NCBI RefSeq assembly: GCF_043678055.1
Contig: NZ_JBHEQA010000001.1
Span: forward strand, 1,998,198 to 2,062,197
Direction: 5' to 3'
DNA length: 64,000 nucleotides
Origin: Spongiimicrobium salis
Lineage (GTDB): Bacteria; Bacteroidota; Bacteroidia; Flavobacteriales; Flavobacteriaceae
The notes below the pieces were generated by a model. It was not told the DNA's origin and made no database searches. It was given only the letters and a program-made list of their open reading frames with translations. The position numbers and the translations under genes were made by a program. Positions 50,701-59,544 of the stretch are shown here, piece by piece; position 1 is the stretch's first letter, and the number at the start of each line of letters is the position of its first letter.

Positions 50701-52634
50701 ATTTTGACAATGGGGAAACGGTCACGGTGACGATCGTTCCCTTCAACGCCGATGGCGATGCTGTGGGCTGTACCCCTGAAAGCTTTACCATTGTAAGTGC
50801 GGCTGCCCCGATGCCCCCTTCCTGTAGCGCTTTGATCGCTCCTGCGGACGGTGCGACGGACGTGGCAGTGGATTTACCCGAGATCAGTTGGACCGCTGTC
50901 ACTGGGGCGGATGGCTACCGTCTGACGATCAACGGTTCCACGAGCGACCTCAATGATGAGGTTTCCTTAGTGGTCACGGGCACGACACATGCCTTTGCGA
51001 ACGATTTTGAGAATGGGGAAACGGTCACGGTGACGATCGTTCCCTTCAATGCCGATGGCGATGCTGTGGGCTGTACCCCGGAAAGCTTCACCATAGTAAG
51101 TGCGGCTACCCCGATGCCCCCTTCCTGTAGTGCTTTGATCGCTCCTGCGGACGGTGCGACAGACGTGGCAGTGGATTTACCCGAGATCAGTTGGACCGCT
51201 GTCACTGGGGCGGATGGCTACCGTTTGACGATCAACGGTTCCGTGAGCGACCTCAATGATGAGACCTCTTTGGTGGTCACAGGCACGACCCATGCCTTTG
51301 CAAACGATTTTGAGAATGGGGAAACGGTCACGGTGACGATCGTTCCCTTCAACGCCGATGGCGATGCCGTGGGCTGTACCCCTGAAAACTTCACCATAAT
51401 AAGTGCGGCTGCCCCGATGCCCCCTTCCTGTAGCGCTTTGATCGCTCCTGCGGACGGTGCGACGGACGTGGCAGTGGATTTACCCGAGATCAGTTGGACC
51501 GCTGTCACTGGGGCGGATGGCTACCGTCTAACGATCAACGGTTCCACGAGCGACCTCAATGATGAGACCTCTTTGGTGGTCATGGGCACGACCCATGCCT
51601 TTGCGAACGATTTTGAGAACGGGGAAACGGTGACGGTGACGATCGTTCCCTTCAATGCCGATGGCGATGCTGTGGGCTGTACCCCTGAAAGCTTCACCAT
51701 AATAAGTGCGGCTACCCCGATGCCCCCTTCCTGTAGCGCTTTGATCGCTCCTGCTGATGGTGCCACGGACGTGGCAGTGGACCTATCGGAGATCAGTTGG
51801 GGCGCCGCTTCCGGTGCGGATGGCTACCGTCTGACGATCAACGGTTCCACGAGCGACCTCAATGATGAGATCTCTTTGGTGGTCACTGGCACGACCCACG
51901 CCTTTACGAACGATTTTGAGAACGGGGAAACGGTCACGGTGACGATCGTTCCCTTCAATGCCGATGGAGATGCTGTGGGCTGTACCCCGGAAACTTTTAC
52001 CATTGTAAGGGCCACAGTTGGGATGCTCCCTTCCTGTACAACTTTGACCACGCCTGCTGATGGAGCCACGGACGTTGCGGTAGATACTCAATTTATATGG
52101 GAAGTAGTTCCTGAAGCGGAAGGTTATTTTTTGGCCATAGGAACTTCTGAGACTACAACAGATATCTTAGGAGTTACAGATGTCAGTCTATTAACTTCTT
52201 TCAATCTCTCTGAGTCCTTACCTTTTGGGGAAGAAATTTTTGTGACTATTGTTCCGTACAATGCTGCAGGAAACGCAGGAGGTTGTACGATAACGTCTTT
52301 TACTACGGTCGCAGAACCTTTACCTCCGGTTCCACCTCAGGTAGAAACCTTTTTTGGATTTTCTCCTGATGGTGATGGAATCAATGAGTTTTGGGAAATC
52401 AATGGTATTGAGAACTACCCCAATAATCGTGTAACAATATTCAACCGTTGGGGAGATGCAGTTTTTAAGATAGCAGGATACGATAACAATGCCAATGCCT
52501 TTCGAGGAGAAGCCAATCAACTGACGAGTTTTGGTGCCGGACGATTGCCCGAAGGAACTTATTTCTTCAAGATTGATATTCCAGAAGATCATAATTTAAA
52601 GACAACACAAGGATATCTTGTTCTAAAAAGATAA
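47727..52634 (+). CDS. 1635-aa cell-surface adhesin-like protein with N-terminal leucine-rich repeats, about 9 tandem ~101-aa Ig/FN3-like repeats and a T9SS type-B C-terminal sorting domain (SprB-like class)
   Basis: Signal peptide. LxxLxLxxN repeats (LDLSQNTAL, IDLSQNLNLQWLNLSQNEL). The tandem repeat units begin PMPPSCSALIAPADGATDVAVDL. The C-terminus FSPDGDGINEFWEINGIENYPNNRVTIFNRWGDAVF matches the gliding-motility-associated CTD pattern. Confidence 0.8.
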   Translation: MNKFLTCIVGLLFFSTVIGQTLVPDPNFEQFLVDQGIDSNGITGDILDADAEAVTVLSVTRNDITDFTGLEAFINLVNLNAGTNQFATLPLNNLTLLEELRFRNNQALASLDLSQNTALRIFEIRASSAAPIPTIPSLDFSQNLNLEELDISVFASITSLTFPVTPTLTDIDIAQLSVPTIDMSLLTGDIDFRIVGSRVDVTILYPNQRDAMKRLELSSIDFPLVDVSELIGLERLGLFATNVESFILPNTNTLTNITIWNHEIAAPFSMAAVPQLQSLDIRNNFGTFPFDIDLTTNTELRSLTLPRNLMNSIDISQNIMLTTLDVNTNNLTTLDVTNQPDLNRLDAYTNQLPSIDLSQNLNLQWLNLSQNELPALDVTLNTELRSVNINSNQFTGTGLDLTQNLELSSFSAAFNEIESLDITQNTELSFLVLNDNLFPGTAILDQFYAHQLNRGRLNIFLNVENNLLSGRMPDFFGLYDPAIQTRRSSLRFGGNAFEFGDFEEEHLDYVALLTTMSIGPSPDFVFREYTYAPQAKVNAVENFTRNAGETITITTVVRGAQNHYRWFKDGIEIPEAPDAPELVITDLNTCDAGVYHTEITSDLVPFENADPPGTDGKNLLLVRNDITLTVNAVKDCVVLDMPLTDVPINSGIQWADNPGACGYRISIGTASGSDDLLPLTDVGEVTVYNHSMDYPANQDIYVTIIPYYDDGDFAGCPEQTFRTSAIRVVPECTLLISPLNGSANVAANLSRIEWNPANGADEYNITLSSPSGANDITTTTTDTFLTLVGAFMEGEEVTVTIVPLNTEGNAGACMPESFTIVSAATPMPPSCSALIAPADGATDVAVDLSEISWTAVTGADGYRLTINGSTSDLNDETSLVVTGTTHAFANDFENGETVTVTIVPFNGDGDAMGCTPESFTIVSAAAPMPPSCSALIAPADGTTDVAVDLPEISWGAAAGADGYRLTINGSMSDLNDETSLVVTGTTHAFANNFDNGETVTVTIVPFNADGDAVGCTPESFTIVSAAAPMPPSCSALIAPADGATDVAVDLPEISWTAVTGADGYRLTINGSTSDLNDEVSLVVTGTTHAFANDFENGETVTVTIVPFNADGDAVGCTPESFTIVSAATPMPPSCSALIAPADGATDVAVDLPEISWTAVTGADGYRLTINGSVSDLNDETSLVVTGTTHAFANDFENGETVTVTIVPFNADGDAVGCTPENFTIISAAAPMPPSCSALIAPADGATDVAVDLPEISWTAVTGADGYRLTINGSTSDLNDETSLVVMGTTHAFANDFENGETVTVTIVPFNADGDAVGCTPESFTIISAATPMPPSCSALIAPADGATDVAVDLSEISWGAASGADGYRLTINGSTSDLNDEISLVVTGTTHAFTNDFENGETVTVTIVPFNADGDAVGCTPETFTIVRATVGMLPSCTTLTTPADGATDVAVDTQFIWEVVPEAEGYFLAIGTSETTTDILGVTDVSLLTSFNLSESLPFGEEIFVTIVPYNAAGNAGGCTITSFTTVAEPLPPVPPQVETFFGFSPDGDGINEFWEINGIENYPNNRVTIFNRWGDAVFKIAGYDNNANAFRGEANQLTSFGAGRLPEGTYFFKIDIPEDHNLKTTQGYLVLKR
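50203..52020 (+). repeat. six near-identical 303-bp direct tandem repeats inside the adhesin gene. More divergent copies flank them at about 49600-50202 and 52021-52320.
   Basis: There is an exact 303-nt period. For example, copies start at 50203, 50506, 50809, 51112, 51415 and 51718 with ccccgatgcccccttcctgtag. Adjacent copies are more than 90% identical by eye. The block is visibly GC-richer than the rest of the window. Confidence 0.9.
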
Positions 52635-52637
52635 AAA

Positions 52638-53552
52638 ATGACCAAATCCGTTCACTTTTTCTTAATTGTATTGATTTGGGGTATTGGCAAGCTTTTTTGC
52701 CAACAATCTCCAACTTTTACCGAGTACAACTACAATCCCTTCATTATCAACGCCGCATATGCCGGAGTCTTGGATAATCCTGAGGCTACCCTAAGCAATA
52801 TTGGTTTTGGAGCCCAAGGTTTTGATGGAGCTCCTAGAAGTTTCGCATTAACCTTTAATACAGTACTTCAAAATGAAAGTGTAGGACTGGGAGCAGGAGT
52901 GATTCGGGATGAAATCGGGGTTACTACGGCTACCCAACTATTTGCTGCCTATTCGTATAAAATTTTTTTAAACGACAATACGCACCCTTACTGGAAAGTG
53001 TATGATCGATCGTTTATTTCTTTTGGTTTAAATGCCGGAGCGTTACTGTACAATCAAAACTTATTGCAATTAGGGATAGAAGGGGATCCAAATTTTTCAG
53101 AAAACATTAATAGTACGCTTCCCGCTTTGGGGGCAGGAGTGCTTTTTGGGCACGCCAATTTCTTTGCTGGAATTGCTTCTCCCAATTTTTTAGGAGACAC
53201 TTTTGCGAATCAGGATAACTTAAGGCTATCAAGACCTATTTATGCGTATACAGGCTATCACTTTATCCTTAATCGTTTTAACCCAGACTATGTATTTAAA
53301 CCCAGTCTTTTGCTTAAATACGAATCCGGTGCCGCTATACAAATAGATACTAATATTTCGCTCTCCATCAAAAAGAGTTTTGAAGTTGGAGTGGGTTTCC
53401 GAACCAGTCAAACATTAAGTGCTTTGGTAGGGTTTTACGCCTTGAAAAACTTTCGCTTCTTATATAGTTATAATCAGGGAAATAGCGACTCTCCTTTGGG
53501 AACCACCCATGGCATTATCCTAAGTTATCGAGGAGGAGAAGGATATCACTAG
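52638..53552 (+). CDS. PorP/SprF family type IX secretion system outer membrane protein
   Basis: QQSPTFTEYNYNPFIINAAYAGV matches the PorP/SprF N-terminal signature QQDPQFSQYMFNxLxxNPAYAG. It lies 3 nt downstream of a type-B CTD protein, the classical sprB-sprF-like pairing. Confidence 0.75.
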   Translation: MTKSVHFFLIVLIWGIGKLFCQQSPTFTEYNYNPFIINAAYAGVLDNPEATLSNIGFGAQGFDGAPRSFALTFNTVLQNESVGLGAGVIRDEIGVTTATQLFAAYSYKIFLNDNTHPYWKVYDRSFISFGLNAGALLYNQNLLQLGIEGDPNFSENINSTLPALGAGVLFGHANFFAGIASPNFLGDTFANQDNLRLSRPIYAYTGYHFILNRFNPDYVFKPSLLLKYESGAAIQIDTNISLSIKKSFEVGVGFRTSQTLSALVGFYALKNFRFLYSYNQGNSDSPLGTTHGIILSYRGGEGYH

Positions 53553-53624
53553 AAAGAATAATTCATGGCTATGGAAATTTGCATTATTTTAGTTCATGCC
53601 AATCATTAAAAATGGCTTCCTTAA

Positions 53625-53921
53625 ATGTTGTTCGGTTTTCTCTTTCTAATCCCCGTTTTTGTTAGTTTGGGCCTTTGTTTTATCAGAGATTCCAAAAAGA
53701 AACGAGGCGTATTGCTGAATCTTCTTATCATCGGAAATGCTTTGCTCTATGTGTTTCCCTTGGCATATGCCTATATTTCCACAAGGCCTGATGGCAATAT
53801 GTGGAGTGAAAATGGGCCGGGAGCTATCTTGTGGTTGTATTTTTTTATTCTTCCAATCTGCCTAATTGCCTTTATCGTACTAGTGGTATTAAAACTGATT
53901 TTTAGAAAGAAGTCATTATAA
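53625..53921 (+). CDS. small 3-TM membrane protein (hypothetical)
   Basis: It is 98 aa with three hydrophobic helices. There is no homology call. Confidence 0.3.
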   Translation: MLFGFLFLIPVFVSLGLCFIRDSKKKRGVLLNLLIIGNALLYVFPLAYAYISTRPDGNMWSENGPGAILWLYFFILPICLIAFIVLVVLKLIFRKKSL

Positions 53922-54100
53922 AAACACAAATCGTACTTCTTTAAGCGAGGTTTTTGAAAAGTGGACTGCAAAAATGTTGTCCAATTGTTGGAACTCTTTG
54001 TCTTAAGGTGGATGTAAAAATTAAAATCCGAAGTAATTGCCTTTAAAATTATGCGAATGTTCTTCTGAAAAGTGAGACTTTTGCGTTAAAATTTAAAAGT

Positions 54101-55012
54101 ATGGGAAACCACAGTAAGAAGTGGTTGTATTTAGTGGTATTATCCATCATCTGGGGGACATCCTATATTCTAATCAAAAAAGGATTGGAAGGATTTACGC
54201 CGGTTCAATTGGGCGCTTTACGTTTTGTGATGGCCGCAGTTTTTTTATTGGCTTTTGGAGTCCGATCCCTTAAGGGTTTAGATAAGCAGCAATGGAAGTG
54301 GATCGCCATTTCGGGGATGTTGGGCAGTTTTTTTCCTATGTTCCTATTTTCGTATGCAGAGACGGAAATAGATAGCAGTATAGCGGCAATCCTGAATTCC
54401 CTAGTGCCTTTGTTTACTATTTTTATTGGATACTTAGCCTTTGGGATAAAGGTGCGTAAAAATCAAACCTGGGGCGTTATAATAGGGTTTTTAGGCGCTC
54501 TGGCACTCATATTTTTTGGTGCGTCATTGAATCCCGATCAGGATTATCGCTATGCAGGATTTGTGGTGATAGCTGCCATATGCTATGCCTGCAATGTCAA
54601 TATCATTAAAAGTAAGTTGTACAGTGTTTCCCCTATGGGGATTGCCGTTGGAAATTTTGTTACTATGCTCGCGCCAGCTGTATTGGTGCTAGTGTTTTCA
54701 GGAGTATTTGAAGAAAAGGTCGTTGAAGGAGTTTATTTTGCGAGTTCTTTAGGTTACATTACTATTTTATGTATTATGAGTACTTGTGTTGCTAAAGTGA
54801 TGTTCAATAAATTAGTGCATATTTCGTCTCCGGTATTTTCTGTTTCTGTGACCTATTTAATTCCCATAGTTGGGGTTTTATGGGGTGTTTTAGATGGAGA
54901 AGTATTTACAAAATGGCAACTTCTGGCTGCTGTGGTTATTCTCTTGGGCGTATATCTCGTGAATCGGAAAAAAGGAATAATGAGGTCTAAACCAACAATT
55001 AAAAATGCCTGA
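54101..55012 (+). CDS. EamA/DMT superfamily transporter, paralog 1
   Basis: Ten TM helices in two EamA-like halves. The first 120 residues are collinear with the next gene at about 55% identity. Confidence 0.65.
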   Translation: MGNHSKKWLYLVVLSIIWGTSYILIKKGLEGFTPVQLGALRFVMAAVFLLAFGVRSLKGLDKQQWKWIAISGMLGSFFPMFLFSYAETEIDSSIAAILNSLVPLFTIFIGYLAFGIKVRKNQTWGVIIGFLGALALIFFGASLNPDQDYRYAGFVVIAAICYACNVNIIKSKLYSVSPMGIAVGNFVTMLAPAVLVLVFSGVFEEKVVEGVYFASSLGYITILCIMSTCVAKVMFNKLVHISSPVFSVSVTYLIPIVGVLWGVLDGEVFTKWQLLAAVVILLGVYLVNRKKGIMRSKPTIKNA

Positions 55013-55892
55013 TCACTACAAGAAATGGGTTTTTATAGCTTTGCTATCCGTAATTTGGGGTTCTTCTTTTATTCTCATTAAAAAAAGTTTATTAGGTTTT
55101 GAACCCTTACATCTGGGAGGACTTCGGATATTGTTTGCCGCCAGTTTTTTATTGATTTTTGGCTTTAGAAGTTTAGGGAAAATTGGTAGGAAAAACTGGA
55201 AATGGGTTATTGTTGCAGGGTTCTTAAGTTCTTTTTTTCCTCCTTTTTTCTTTGCCTTGGCACAGACGGAGATCGATAGCGGTGTAACCTCTATATTCAA
55301 TTCTTTGGCCCCTTTAAGTACCGCTTTGGTAGGAGCATTGTTTTTTGGCGTGGTAGTGATGCGAAAACAATTTTTGGGTGTGGCAGTAGGACTTTTTGGA
55401 ACAGGGGTGCTCATTTATACGGGAGCAGAATTTAATCCTGATCAAAATTATTGGTATGCCATATTTATCATTTTATCGGCAGTGGGCTATGCCTTCAATA
55501 TCAATATTATTAAAAAACACTTATCCCATTTAAGTCCATTGGCCGTAACTACAGGGAGCTTTGCGGTTGTTTTACCTCCCACTATTGGGGTGCTTTACGC
55601 TACAGGTATCCAAACGGTATCTTGGACAGCTGACGAATTGCAATTGCCAATTCTTTGTATTCTGTTATTGGCTTTTTTTGGAACGGCCTTGGCCAATATC
55701 CTTTTTAATAAACTTATTGCCATTTCAAGTCCGGTGTTTGCGGCTTCTGTGACCTATACAGCACCTTTAGTCGCCATTTTATGGGGGCTATGGGACGGAG
55801 AGCATATCACTGTATATCAGTTGTTGGGAGGGGCTATTGTTTTGTGTGGGGTCTACATGGTCAATAAGAAAAAAAAAGCAGCCGTTAAGTGA
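55005..55892 (+). CDS. EamA/DMT superfamily transporter, paralog 2
   Basis: Its start overlaps the stop of the previous gene (ATGCCTGA). The architecture is the same. Confidence 0.65.
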   Translation: MPDHYKKWVFIALLSVIWGSSFILIKKSLLGFEPLHLGGLRILFAASFLLIFGFRSLGKIGRKNWKWVIVAGFLSSFFPPFFFALAQTEIDSGVTSIFNSLAPLSTALVGALFFGVVVMRKQFLGVAVGLFGTGVLIYTGAEFNPDQNYWYAIFIILSAVGYAFNINIIKKHLSHLSPLAVTTGSFAVVLPPTIGVLYATGIQTVSWTADELQLPILCILLLAFFGTALANILFNKLIAISSPVFAASVTYTAPLVAILWGLWDGEHITVYQLLGGAIVLCGVYMVNKKKKAAVK

Positions 55893-55959
55893 TATACATC
55901 ATTAACGGCTGCTTAAACGAAGCTTAACAAAAAGCTTCCTACCTAACTAACGAAATTTA

Positions 55960-58035
55960 TTAGTCGAAATCAGCATCGGTCACTCCCGTGTTGATAACGG
56001 CTTCTATAAGTTTGCTTTCCAAGGGCTGTCCTTGCAAGCTTCCGGATCGTAAACCTGGAAATTTAATACCATCGATTTCTTTATAGTCCTTAAGCAGTGT
56101 TTCCTGTACTTGTTTTTGTCCGCCAAAGCTGATGGTCTGCACTTCTTTTACCTTTAAGCCTGTAGCCACATCATAAAAATAACTGACACTAACAGTTTCC
56201 CCGGCAACGTCGATTTTGTACGCATCCTTGCCTTCTACTTGCTCAATTCCTGCTACTTTTGCCGCGTCATTATTTACAAATCCGTATTCGGCAAAGACAC
56301 CTAGGGCCTTTTTTAAATCATCTCTCATGGCGGGAGGAAGTGGAATTTTATTGGCTCCCTGCTTCATAAACAATTCATCCCCTTTGGCAATTACACCTTG
56401 AAGTGCATTTTCATTTTGGAAAGTGGTCACGGCGAACTTATCAGCGGTTCTTTTTTCCTCTACTTTGATCGTGGCACCAAAAGCACTTCCTTCATATACC
56501 AATTTTAACGATTTGATCGCATCTACTTTAGATTTTCCACCTATGGCATCAAAGTAGTTGTTCACGATGCTCTGAACGGTAATATCTGCGGCAACTTCCT
56601 TATATTCTGGCTTGGCGGTGGCATTGGCATATTTGTCATAATATTTAATAGGAACCTTCTTTCCGTTAAAGGAGACTTTTTCAAGGTTTTCCAAAACTTC
56701 ACTACCCTTTCCAGCAACAACTACACGCGCATTGCTAGAACTCAAATGCTTTTTGGCAGCTTTTTGTACATCAGCTACGGTAATGGCATTGATACGCTCT
56801 AGGTAATTTTTATAGAAATCCTTTGGAAGCCCTTCCGTTTCAATGTTCAAGGCATAATTGGCTATGGTCTGTGGTCTTTCCAAAGCCAAAACAAAGTTCC
56901 CAACATATTTAGCCTTAGTGTTTCTCAATTCCTTTTCGGACACAGGCTCTTTGATGATGCGATCAATTTCTTTCAGGATTTCTACTACAGAACTGTCGGT
57001 AACCATATTTCGTACACTAGCAGTAGCTCTAAATCTTGAAGGAGCATATTTATCAGCACCTATTCCTGAATAGGAACCATAGGTATATCCTTTGTCTTCC
57101 CTTAGGTTTAAGAAAAGTCGTGCTTCTCCACCACCACCTAAAATTCGGTTGGCCACTAAGGTTGGCAGATAATCGGCATCTGACATTTTTAGATTGACCA
57201 AATTCTGTACGGCGATTTCGGATTGTACGGCATTGGGAGCATCTACAAAGCTGATCTGGGTGTATTGTACATCCGTAGGCTTTGAAAACTGAAAAGAAGG
57301 AGGTGTGGCTTTTGTCCAAGCCGTAAAATTTTTAGTGACCAATTCTTTCACTTCGTCAAATTTTACATCTCCGATAACAACCAAGTAGGCATTGGCAGGA
57401 ACAAAATAGTTGGTGTAAAATTTAGAAACATCCCCAAGGGTTACATTATTTACCGTTTCTTCTGTGGTAAACTCTCCGTAAGGGTGATCCGTACCATAGG
57501 CCAATGCACTTTGCACTCTAGAGGCAATGGCAGACACATCCTTTTCTTGCGTTTTTAAACCCGTAATTGTACGTGCTTTTTCAGCATCAAATTCTTCTTG
57601 CGTAAATTTTGGATTTAAAGCGGCATCTGCCATTAATTCCAATACGCGTGGGAAATATTTGGATAAAGAACTGGCAAAACCTCCTTGGGCTCCTAAGTTT
57701 AATCTCGCCCCCAAGAAATCAATTTCCTCATTGAAATCGTCTTTGGAGATATTTTTGGAACCTTTTCCCATCAATGCTCCTGTAAGCTGTTGTACTCCTG
57801 CTTTATCTCCTTCGGCAATTGGTGGGTTGTCTAGGGAAAGCTGAATGGATACTCTTGGTAATTTATGGTTTTCTACAACCATGACCGTCAGTCCATTCTT
57901 CAATTCAAATTGTTGAGGTTCCTCCAAATTTATCTCTGGAGCTGGCCCTGGTTTAGGCATAACACTTCGATCTACTTGCGCTTGTGCGCCAACGGCCATA
58001 AACACTATGGCTAATGCAGTATATAACTTTTTCAT
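55960..58035 (-). CDS. M16 family peptidase-like protein, long subunit, probably the non-catalytic partner
   Basis: Signal peptide. M16 N-terminal and C-terminal domain pattern. No HxxEH motif was found. It lies 3 nt downstream of an HxxEH-containing M16 gene. Confidence 0.65.
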   Translation of the reverse strand: MKKLYTALAIVFMAVGAQAQVDRSVMPKPGPAPEINLEEPQQFELKNGLTVMVVENHKLPRVSIQLSLDNPPIAEGDKAGVQQLTGALMGKGSKNISKDDFNEEIDFLGARLNLGAQGGFASSLSKYFPRVLELMADAALNPKFTQEEFDAEKARTITGLKTQEKDVSAIASRVQSALAYGTDHPYGEFTTEETVNNVTLGDVSKFYTNYFVPANAYLVVIGDVKFDEVKELVTKNFTAWTKATPPSFQFSKPTDVQYTQISFVDAPNAVQSEIAVQNLVNLKMSDADYLPTLVANRILGGGGEARLFLNLREDKGYTYGSYSGIGADKYAPSRFRATASVRNMVTDSSVVEILKEIDRIIKEPVSEKELRNTKAKYVGNFVLALERPQTIANYALNIETEGLPKDFYKNYLERINAITVADVQKAAKKHLSSSNARVVVAGKGSEVLENLEKVSFNGKKVPIKYYDKYANATAKPEYKEVAADITVQSIVNNYFDAIGGKSKVDAIKSLKLVYEGSAFGATIKVEEKRTADKFAVTTFQNENALQGVIAKGDELFMKQGANKIPLPPAMRDDLKKALGVFAEYGFVNNDAAKVAGIEQVEGKDAYKIDVAGETVSVSYFYDVATGLKVKEVQTISFGGQKQVQETLLKDYKEIDGIKFPGLRSGSLQGQPLESKLIEAVINTGVTDADFD

Positions 58036-58038
58036 TGC

Positions 58039-59361
58039 TTAATTTTCTGTTTTGTCCTTTGGTAAATAATCGATCAATACGCGTTGGTTCGACTTTAAGT
58101 ATTTGTTGGCTACTTCTTTAATCTCTTCTCGAGTTATAGAGCGATAGATATCAATAGTCTTGTTGATCAAGGCTGTATCTCCATAAAGCATGTAGTTGGT
58201 AGCTAAGGATCCAGCAATACCTTGGACGCTGGAATTGGAATTTACAAACTGGTTTTCAAACTTGTTCTGTAATTTTTGATAATCTTTTTCAGAAATCAAT
58301 TCGTTCTGCATTTTGGCAATTTCATCATCAATTTCAACACGTAGGTCGCTTAAAGGAGTATCTCCTACAGGAAGCGCGAAAATTCCATACATGCCATAAT
58401 CTTCTTGTCCTAAATTAAAGGCTTGCACCGCTAAGGCCATTTTTTTATCCTCGACCAACCTTTTGTAGAGTTTGGAACTATTTCCATCGCTCAAATAGGT
58501 AGAAATCATTCCTAGGACATAGGCATCACGCTCTTTAAAACCAGGTGTCCTGTAAGCAGCTAGAGCGGCAGGAATCTGAATATTGGCGTCATAAGCCTCA
58601 ATTTTGGTCTCTTCCGTAATAGGTGCTTCTTTAGGATAGTTCCGAACAATATCCTCGCCCCTTGGGATTCCTCCATAATAATCGGTAATCATTTTCTTGG
58701 TTTCGTTGACATCGATATCCCCTGCTACGACCAAGACGGCATTATTAGGAGCATAATACTTTTTGTTGTAGGCAAGGACATCCTCTAAAGTTGCAGCGTC
58801 CAAGTCCTTCATATACCCAATATTGGGATCCTTGTAAGGATGCACTTTAAAAAGACTACTTCCAAGTACGGGAAGAATATTCCCATAAGGCTGATTGTCA
58901 TAACGAAGGCGCTTCTCTTCCTTCACTACTTCCTGTTGCGTATCAATACCCGTTTGATCAATAACCGGGTGCAACATACGCTCGGACTCCATCCACAATC
59001 CCAATTTTAGATTATTGGACGGAAAAACTTCAAAATAATAGGTTCTGTCTTGGGAGGTATTGGCATTGTTTTGCCCTCCGTTGGAGGATACAATTTCAAA
59101 CCATTTGCCACGCTCAATATTTTTAGTGCCTTCAAACAGTAGATGTTCAAACAAGTGGGCAAATCCGGTGCGCCCCTCCGTGCGGTCCTTCCCACCTACA
59201 TGATACATTACCGAAGTGGTAACCACGGGGGCAGTGTTGTCTTGATGTAAGATAACGTGGAGTCCATTATCCAAATCATATTCTTCATAAGCCACTTCTT
59301 GGGCTGTGGTGACCATGGTAGCTGATAGTAAGGCTGCGGCCACGAAAAATTTTCTTTTCAT
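58039..59361 (-). CDS. M16B (pitrilysin/insulinase family) zinc peptidase, catalytic subunit
   Basis: Signal peptide. The inverted zinc motif HLFEHLLFEGT (HxxEH) plus a downstream Glu. Confidence 0.8.
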   Translation of the reverse strand: MKRKFFVAAALLSATMVTTAQEVAYEEYDLDNGLHVILHQDNTAPVVTTSVMYHVGGKDRTEGRTGFAHLFEHLLFEGTKNIERGKWFEIVSSNGGQNNANTSQDRTYYFEVFPSNNLKLGLWMESERMLHPVIDQTGIDTQQEVVKEEKRLRYDNQPYGNILPVLGSSLFKVHPYKDPNIGYMKDLDAATLEDVLAYNKKYYAPNNAVLVVAGDIDVNETKKMITDYYGGIPRGEDIVRNYPKEAPITEETKIEAYDANIQIPAALAAYRTPGFKERDAYVLGMISTYLSDGNSSKLYKRLVEDKKMALAVQAFNLGQEDYGMYGIFALPVGDTPLSDLRVEIDDEIAKMQNELISEKDYQKLQNKFENQFVNSNSSVQGIAGSLATNYMLYGDTALINKTIDIYRSITREEIKEVANKYLKSNQRVLIDYLPKDKTEN

Positions 59362-59544
59362 TGTAATTAGTGTTTATATCTATTTCAAGTTTTCCATAGG
59401 TGTGTGTTTTGCACCAAATGTTACACGAAGATAGATTTTTTTAAGAAAGTTTATGGAAATGGGACCCCTCCTTTAACATCCTAGGAGTGCCAAAAACAAA
59501 ATAATTTAGTATATTAAAGATCTGAATACTAAAATATTAGCACC

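Noticed and set aside
49847-52091. A ladder of 81-134-aa minus-strand ORFs spaced every 303 bp (49847, 50309, 50612, 50915, 51218, 51521, 51824 and 51783..52091).
   Set aside because: They are antisense read-throughs of the GC-rich tandem repeats inside the adhesin gene. Their periodicity simply mirrors the repeat. There is no independent start or terminator context.
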